DNA of 57,492 nt from contig CAYHGT010000004.1 in NCBI GenBank assembly GCA_964356375.1, positions 1 through 57,492 of the forward strand, given 5' to 3'. The notes under the pieces are model-generated. The model was not told the origin of the DNA and made no database searches. It saw nothing but the letters and a program-made list of their open reading frames with translations. The DNA comes from an uncultured Candidatus Saccharibacteria bacterium (GTDB lineage Bacteria; Patescibacteriota; Minisyncoccia; UBA6257; GWB1-50-10). Below, one piece after another: positions 52,634 through 57,492 of this stretch; the first letter of the stretch is position 1, and every line of letters begins with the position of its first letter. Position numbers and translations under genes: made by a program.

Positions 52634-53047
52634 CTATGGTTTCTCCTGTTCGCCTAACTGAAGGGAAATGGATAGCGTCTCTTTATCGCGTACGATTCCG
52701 AGTACTATCGTATCGCCTGTGTTGTATTTTTGTAGAATTTTTTTAAGCGAATTTCCTTTGGTGAGCTCTTCTCGGTTAATGGAAATGATGACGTCCCACT
52801 CCTGTACCCCCGCCATTTTAGCAGGCATATCTTTTATACACTCAATCACTAGAGCGGTACCGTCCTTCAATGGGTAACACCAGATACCCATGCGTAGCAC
52901 CTTAAAGCTCTCACCATCATTCTGTTCTTGACTAAGAGAAAGCACGGATACGTTGTTCCGCGAAATAGGCATCGCGTACCCAAAAGATACGAGCATGAAT
53001 GCAATTGCGATACGCGCGCACCAAGCTTGAAGCAGAGTCATGGTCAC
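52634..53047 (-). CDS. Small membrane-anchored PDZ-domain protein
   Basis: 137 aa with a signal anchor. The PDZ pattern is ...MPAKMAGVQEWDVIISINREEL...GDTIVLGIVRD. Confidence 0.7.
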   Translation of the reverse strand: MTMTLLQAWCARIAIAFMLVSFGYAMPISRNNVSVLSLSQEQNDGESFKVLRMGIWCYPLKDGTALVIECIKDMPAKMAGVQEWDVIISINREELTKGNSLKKILQKYNTGDTIVLGIVRDKETLSISLQLGEQEKP

Positions 53048-53104
53048 CCTCCCTTTTGTGAAGTTACTGTATTACTAATGCCACGCCTTGCCATATAAAT
53101 CAAC

Positions 53105-53124
53105 CCTGCCTACCGGCAGGCAGG
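53105..53124. repeat. GC hairpin CCTGCCTACCGGCAGGCAGG (copy 2)
   Basis: Identical to 21588..21607, and immediately followed by a CCCGAC-AGAGC-GTCGGG hairpin. Confidence 0.85.
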
Positions 53125-53281
53125 CCCGACAGAGCGTCGGGGTCAAGTATTTATTTTGTATGGTACGAAATTGAATAAAAAAAACTAAAATAGCTCATCT
53201 GGGCTATTTTGTTGCCACCGCCGTTGGCGGGGCACTAAATTTTGTGCCCACTCGCAGACTTGTGAACAAAATTTGTGTCGG

Positions 53282-53381
53282 GCACATACGCGCTGGTGCG
53301 CTCAGTACTTCCTACGTTCGCACTGCTGTGCTCAGTACTTCCTCGCTCACGCTCGGTCGTCGCTCACGCTCGGTCGTCGCT
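53282..53381 (+). repeat. Second copy of the GC-rich element
   Basis: 58-nt perfect identity (3656..3713 = 53308..53365) within about 97 nt of similarity, in the same orientation. This explains the shared peptide VLPTFALLCSVLPRSRSVVA in two spurious ORFs. Confidence 0.8.
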
Positions 53382-53515
53382 CACGGCGGACTCAAGCAGA
53401 GGCTCGCGGCGCATTCTTCTGAGTGCGCATCGCTCCGCCCTTCGATTCCAGCCGAAATGCGATAAATCGCATTTCTAAGCCCGACAATAAAAGAACCCTC
53501 ACGGGTTCTTTTATT

Positions 53516-53537
53516 GTCGGGCTGCTGGGAAGCGAAC
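53516..53537 (-). repeat. Direct partial duplicate of the tRNA-Pro 3' end
   Basis: GTCGGGCTGCTGGGAAGCGAAC versus 53690..53711 GTCGGGCTGCTGGGAATCGAAC (21 of 22). Both copies are preceded by a long hairpin plus a T-run. Confidence 0.8.
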
Positions 53538-53690
53538 GTCGTTCGCATGCAACATTGCTCCCTCCCTAAAACCCCTCGGTTTTAGTATTTCCGCCACGGA
53601 GAAACTTTCGTTTCCCCGACCCCTTTCCCGTTCGATTCCCAGCAAAACACGAAAACAAAAAATAGCCCCGTTGGGCTAGTTTTTGTTTTG

Positions 53691-53761
53691 TCGGGCTGCT
53701 GGGAATCGAACCCAGTCTGCACGAACCCGAATCGTGCGTACTACCGGTATACGACAGCCCG
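53691..53761 (-). tRNA. tRNA-Pro: tRNA-Pro (anticodon CGG)
   Basis: A manual fold works: acceptor CGGGCTG/CAGCCCG, anticodon stem CACGA/TCGTG with loop TTCGGGT (G37), T-arm CTGGG-TTCGATT-CCCAG. No CCA is encoded. Confidence 0.85.
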
Positions 53762-53820
53762 AGTGCTACAATCCAAAACGACTTATCTAATATATATGAG
53801 ATGAATTATTTAGTAAATAA

Positions 53821-55323
53821 CTATTGCACCTTGTGCTTCTTCTTCATCTCCTCCTCCACGCCCGCCTCAAACTCGTCTTTGTGTTCCGTAGCGCGTTCTG
53901 CCATCTTTGCAAGTTCCACCTCATCCAAAAAATTTAATTCTTTGGCGCGTAGAATAAGAGATTCTTTCTCATTTTTTTCGGGATCTTCAATTACATCTTC
54001 CAAAAGAATAGACAGAATATATCCAACCTTTCTGCTTGGCGGAATTGAAAGAAGCTCCATAAGTTCATTGCCATTCAACTTCACCATTTTTGGACTTATG
54101 GGGTCGTTCTTCACCTTATCAATCATAAAAAGTAGGTGACGTAATTTATATGGGAAGGCCTTCGGCACACCCGAACCAATGCGATCCGCCTCGCGCACTT
54201 GCAAAAGGTCTGGAACGTTTTCGGGCCCTACACGACTCAAAAAACGACGCACGCCCGCCTCCGTCACCTCGCCCACGTTGTAATAGAAAAGATGGCATCG
54301 CACGAGATGCGAGACCGCCTCAATAATTTCTTTTGAGTAGCGCAACCTGTCCAAAATTTTTGTCGTCATTCGGGCCCCTACGACTTCGTGATTGTAAAAA
54401 GTTGAATTAGGTCCATCGCCACCCTTCGTACGCGGCTTTCCCACATCATGCAAAAGCGAAGAGAGACGCACAATAAGTGAGTAGTTTTTCTCTACCGAAT
54501 AATGAAGGGCGCGTACATTGTGGTCAAACACCGTATAGATGTGATGCTTATTCTGTCCGCACGCGATTCCCTCGCGCAGTTCAGGAATCACAAACTTCAA
54601 AAGCCCAAGCTCCTCCATCGCAACAATTCCCATTGCCGCATTCGGCGTCATAACCAATTTTGAGAGTTCATCACGAACACGCTCTTTTGCAATCATTTCC
54701 AATAACCCCGCATTTTCTTGTATTGCGTGCTTCGTTGCGTGTTCAATCTCAAATCCAAGTTGCGCCGAAAATCGAACCGCGCGCATAAGACGAAGCGCGT
54801 CCTCCTCAAATCGCTTGTTCGCATCCCCCACGGTACGCAACTGTTTTTTCTCTAAATCACCCATTCCATTGAATGGGTCTACGAGATGCGATTTTGTAAG
54901 TGCATGATTAGAAAGATTGAATGCGATGGCATTCACGGTAAAATCCCTACGACTCAAATCCTCCTCAATTGTTTTTGCAAACTGCACCTCATCGGGATGA
55001 CGCTTATCCGTATACTTCCCCTCAATACGATAGGTCGTCACCTCCACAATTTTTAACGTCTCATCTTCCGACTCAGTTTTAATACCCACGGTACCAAATG
55101 AATTTTCATAGACAGTCGCGGGGTCTTCTATCGTACGACCGCCATAGGTTGCAAAAAGTTTCTGCACATCTTCGGGGCGCGCATTAGTCGCAATATCCCA
55201 ATCTTTTGGCGCAACACCCAAAAGCATGTCGCGAAGTGATCCGCCCACAAGGTGTGCCTCAAAACCCGCGTTAGAGAGTACGCGTGCAATATCCTCTATT
55301 TCATTCGGAATCTTGGTCTTCAT
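53821..55323 (-). CDS. cca: CCA-adding tRNA nucleotidyltransferase (class II, HD domain)
   Basis: 500 aa with GGSLRDMLLG...DWDIAT (PolyA_pol head), RRDFTVNA and the HD motif LLHDVGK. Confidence 0.88.
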   Translation of the reverse strand: MKTKIPNEIEDIARVLSNAGFEAHLVGGSLRDMLLGVAPKDWDIATNARPEDVQKLFATYGGRTIEDPATVYENSFGTVGIKTESEDETLKIVEVTTYRIEGKYTDKRHPDEVQFAKTIEEDLSRRDFTVNAIAFNLSNHALTKSHLVDPFNGMGDLEKKQLRTVGDANKRFEEDALRLMRAVRFSAQLGFEIEHATKHAIQENAGLLEMIAKERVRDELSKLVMTPNAAMGIVAMEELGLLKFVIPELREGIACGQNKHHIYTVFDHNVRALHYSVEKNYSLIVRLSSLLHDVGKPRTKGGDGPNSTFYNHEVVGARMTTKILDRLRYSKEIIEAVSHLVRCHLFYYNVGEVTEAGVRRFLSRVGPENVPDLLQVREADRIGSGVPKAFPYKLRHLLFMIDKVKNDPISPKMVKLNGNELMELLSIPPSRKVGYILSILLEDVIEDPEKNEKESLILRAKELNFLDEVELAKMAERATEHKDEFEAGVEEEMKKKHKVQ

Positions 55324-55388
55324 CCTTTCTTATTCTATGCGATGGGGTTTATTTTTGCCAGAAATCGGCTACAATGCTTGTGATGTCC

Positions 55389-55460
55389 GCCCCTGTAGTG
55401 AAACGGATATCACGACAGGCTTCGAACCTGTTATTGGGGGTTCGAATCCCTCCGGGGGCA
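55389..55460 (+). tRNA. tRNA-Arg: tRNA-Arg (anticodon TCG)
   Basis: A manual fold works: acceptor GCCCCTG/CGGGGGC, anticodon stem ACAGG/CCTGT with loop CTTCGAA, T-loop TTCGAAT. It lies inside the spurious N-terminal part of ORF 55226..55900. Confidence 0.85.
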
Positions 55461-55501
55461 CACTTCAACTTGCTTCGCTCGCTCAGTGTAAACACCATTT
55501 C

Positions 55502-55900
55502 ATGCATATTATAGGTATTACATTTGCGCTTCTGGCGTTATTTAGCTGGGGATTTGGTGATTTTTTAATACAAAAAAGTACGCGAAAATTTGGCAATTGG
55601 ATTGCGCTTATTTATCTTGCTTCCACCAAACAACTTGGACAGATTGTGGGCGATTGGAAGAGGAATAAATATCTTATTTTGGGCGTGGGTTTTATTGATA
55701 ACTTGGCGTGGGTCGCATATTTCTACAGCACAACATATATTCCGATTGCGATTGCGACGAGCGTGAGTGAAGCATATATTGCATTTGCGGCAATACTTGG
55801 CGTTGTGTTTAATAAAGAAACGTTGCGCGCACACCAAGTTTTTGGCATCGTTCTTGCGGTCGTAAGCGTCATTTTGCTCTCCGCCATCACGGCGCAATAG
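55502..55900 (+). CDS. Single EamA-domain (DMT superfamily) small membrane protein
   Basis: ATG at 55502 gives MHIIGITFALLALFSWGFGDFL. 133 aa with four TM helices and an EamA-like pattern. Confidence 0.65.
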   Translation: MHIIGITFALLALFSWGFGDFLIQKSTRKFGNWIALIYLASTKQLGQIVGDWKRNKYLILGVGFIDNLAWVAYFYSTTYIPIAIATSVSEAYIAFAAILGVVFNKETLRAHQVFGIVLAVVSVILLSAITAQ

Positions 55901-56007
55901 AATTGATTTTGAAAGTAGAATTGGATATAGTAGGAATCTGATGCCCAGATAGCAGAATGGCAGAATAGTTGTATCTTCCGTAGTTAAAAATTGTTTCAAC
56001 GCGCATT

Positions 56008-56079
56008 GCCCCTATAGCTCAACGGTAGAGCAGCTGCCTCTTAAGCAGTTGGTTCTAGGTTCAAATCCTAGTGGGGGCA
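56008..56079 (+). tRNA. tRNA-Lys: tRNA-Lys (anticodon CTT)
   Basis: A manual fold works: acceptor GCCCCTA/TGGGGGC, D-arm GCTC-AACGGTA-GAGC, anticodon loop CTCTTAA, T-arm CTAGG-TTCAAAT-CCTAG. Confidence 0.88.
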
Positions 56080-56183
56080 CAAACGAGTAAAATGCAAATG
56101 AGCCAGAAGGCATATTTGCATTTTCGAGTGCGGTGCCACCACGGAAGTACTCTTACTGCGGGGGCACATTAAAATCTGTTTGA

Positions 56184-56200
56184 CCCCACTAGGATTTGAA
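56184..56200 (-). repeat. Inverted 17-nt perfect copy of the tRNA-Lys T-arm/acceptor 3' strand
   Basis: CCCCACTAGGATTTGAA is the reverse complement of 56060..56076. Confidence 0.85.
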
Positions 56201-56349
56201 TGAGAAAGGGGCCACCTCGGTTACGGGCGCCTTATGAATTTTTGAACGCAACACGAATCTCATATCTTCATTATGGTGACACACGGCAAACTTGACGAAT
56301 TCTGCGCCTCACCTACCATACACATAGATACTTAACTGTGGAGGTTCAT

Positions 56350-56667
56350 ATGGAATATATTGTTAAAGGACCACACGGCATCCTGCATTGTATCTTTTGC
56401 AAACTGCAACTTCAGGTTACTGGCAAAATGGAACCATACTGTCCGCGATGCGACGTCACACTATCGGGGAATAAGGCGGAGACCGTATTGCTTTGTGAAA
56501 ACTGTGGACACCCAATTACAGTTACCGAAAAAGAAGTTTTTTTCTGTAATCATTGTAAGGCGCATCCATCAAAAGATGACGTACTCCAAGAAGAAATCTG
56601 CCCACGTTGCAGGACGGTTCGTACCTCCGAACATCGGTGTAAAGGACATCACAGAATAGATAACTAA
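56350..56667 (+). CDS. Multi-CxxC zinc-ribbon protein
   Basis: ATG at 56350 lies 5 nt after GGAGG (56340..56344). It has five CxxC pairs (CIFC, CPRC, CENC, CNHC, CPRC) and is followed by an intrinsic terminator. Confidence 0.65.
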   Translation: MEYIVKGPHGILHCIFCKLQLQVTGKMEPYCPRCDVTLSGNKAETVLLCENCGHPITVTEKEVFFCNHCKAHPSKDDVLQEEICPRCRTVRTSEHRCKGHHRIDN

Positions 56668-56670
56668 TTT

Positions 56671-56699
56671 CCCCCGTTTATCGCGGGGGTATTTTTTTC
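56671..56699 (+). terminator. Rho-independent terminator after the zinc-ribbon gene
   Basis: CCCCCG-TTTATCG-CGGGGG followed by TATTTTTTT. It can also serve the convergent minus-strand gene. Confidence 0.7.
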
Positions 56700-57037
56700 T
56701 ATAGCCCGCTCCCACTAATCGCGTTAATCGCGCTATATTGTTGTTCCAAAAATGCTGTTGAAATAACAACAACCGCAATTATGGCGACAACTGTTAATAT
56801 CAAAGATATAACTCCTATCATCCTCGCCTTTCGGTCCGTCTGCCGTAAATATTTAAAGGCGTACCCCAAGCCAAACGGCGCAAGAAAAAGGCTCACGAAA
56901 TAAACAAAAATTTGTTTTACAATAGAAGTATCTTCTGGCTTAGACCTTAATGACCTGCCACAGTTGGAACAAAAATAAGCGGTCTCCAAGATGTCTGCCT
57001 TACATTTAGGACATTGCATGTGTACGGTTAATTCCAT
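56699..57037 (-). CDS. Zinc-ribbon membrane protein
   Basis: The ORF extends to 57097, but that extension covers the cspA terminator hairpin. ATG at 57037 (MELTVHMQCPKC) or 57019 is more likely. It has CPKC...CSNC followed by two TM helices. Confidence 0.6.
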   Translation of the reverse strand: MELTVHMQCPKCKADILETAYFCSNCGRSLRSKPEDTSIVKQIFVYFVSLFLAPFGLGYAFKYLRQTDRKARMIGVISLILTVVAIIAVVVISTAFLEQQYSAINAISGSGL

Positions 57038-57055
57038 ATATATGTAGTATAACAG

Positions 57056-57088
57056 CAAATAAAAATATCCCCGCCTAAGCGGGGATAT
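57056..57088 (-). terminator. Rho-independent terminator after cspA
   Basis: 10-bp stem ATATCCCCGC/GCGGGGATAT with loop CTAA (TTAG on the minus strand), followed on the minus strand by TTTTTATTT. Confidence 0.8.
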
Positions 57089-57102
57089 TTTATGCATCGT
57101 GG

Positions 57103-57303
57103 TTAGATGCGGGATACGTTTACAGCGTTGGGTCCTTTCGGAGAATCGGCTTTCTCAAAAGATACTCTGTCACCTTTCTGGAGCTCATCAAAGGTTACTC
57201 CTTTGAGCTCGTTGCTGTGAAAAAATAAATCTTTCTCTTCGCCATCAACGGTAATAAATCCGAATCCTTTTTTTTCTGTAAGATTCTTAATTGTTCCTTC
57301 CAT
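57103..57303 (-). CDS. cspA: Cold-shock protein (CspA family)
   Basis: 66 aa with the RNP1 KGFGFI and RNP2-like DLFFH motifs. Confidence 0.93.
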   Translation of the reverse strand: MEGTIKNLTEKKGFGFITVDGEEKDLFFHSNELKGVTFDELQKGDRVSFEKADSPKGPNAVNVSRI

Positions 57304-57492
57304 GTTGTTAAGTTAGTTTAATTTGTATTTTAAGGTTTTATCCTAAAGTTTAGTTTCCCAAAAGAAGCTCGACGATTTTTTATCAGGTAACTATCTTAAG
57401 GTCAATAGTAGCACCATTCTATAAACTAGTCAAGCGGGCGTAATGCTTCAATAGCTTGGAAACACCCAAAGCATAGAATATGAACATGTATG

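Noticed and set aside
55226-55501. N-terminal 92 codons of ORF 55226..55900 and ORF 55284..55514
   Set aside because: They overlap the cca gene 5' end on the opposite strand and read straight through tRNA-Arg. The real EamA-like gene starts at 55502.

Overview
AT-rich, gene-dense fragment using the standard genetic code. Gene content suggests a small-genome, monoderm Candidate Phyla Radiation (Parcubacteria-like) bacterium: many small membrane or secreted proteins, lamin-tail, cohesin/dockerin and DUF-type genes. This lineage call is inference only. Nearly all genes are on the minus strand, except a plus-strand block at 16.7-21.5 kb (surface protein, cysS, dnaB, recR). Contents by region: (1) housekeeping genes: uvrB, a glycerate kinase/ppsA/D-2-hydroxyacid dehydrogenase run, cysS, dnaB, recR, rplU, nadK, cca, cspA, and four tRNAs (Ala-CGC, Pro-CGG, Arg-UCG, Lys-CUU). 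(2) A roughly 14 kb metal and thiol-redox island (27.5-41.7 kb) with two P1B-type ATPases, csoR, cupredoxins, an HMA fusion, several CcdA/DsbD-like transporters, redoxins and many small Cys/His-tailed membrane proteins. (3) A seven-gene minus-strand operon of surface proteins (42.4-50.2 kb), the best candidate for an undescribed system. It combines two proteins sharing a fimbrial-type (SCPU/WxL-like) domain, a DUF916/CscA-like membrane-anchored Ig-fold protein, a dockerin protein and two cohesin-like anchors. No usher or sortase gene is present in the window. (4) A compositionally atypical, GC-richer stretch (47.7-51.8 kb) holding an NYN-domain gene and an orphan GC-rich gene that has its own near-consensus promoter and flanking hairpins. 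The noncoding DNA is unusually structured. It contains three intergenic spacers bracketed by the same 11-14 nt inverted repeat that ends on the downstream ATG. It also contains twin 39-41 nt palindromes with compensatory changes flanking an HTH/LAGLIDADG-like gene, a 3-unit tandem hairpin array with its own terminator, and a GC-rich element with a target-duplication-like flank plus a second copy 50 kb away. Copies of tRNA 3' ends lie next to tRNA-Pro and tRNA-Lys. All family assignments come from motif recognition by eye; no searches were run.
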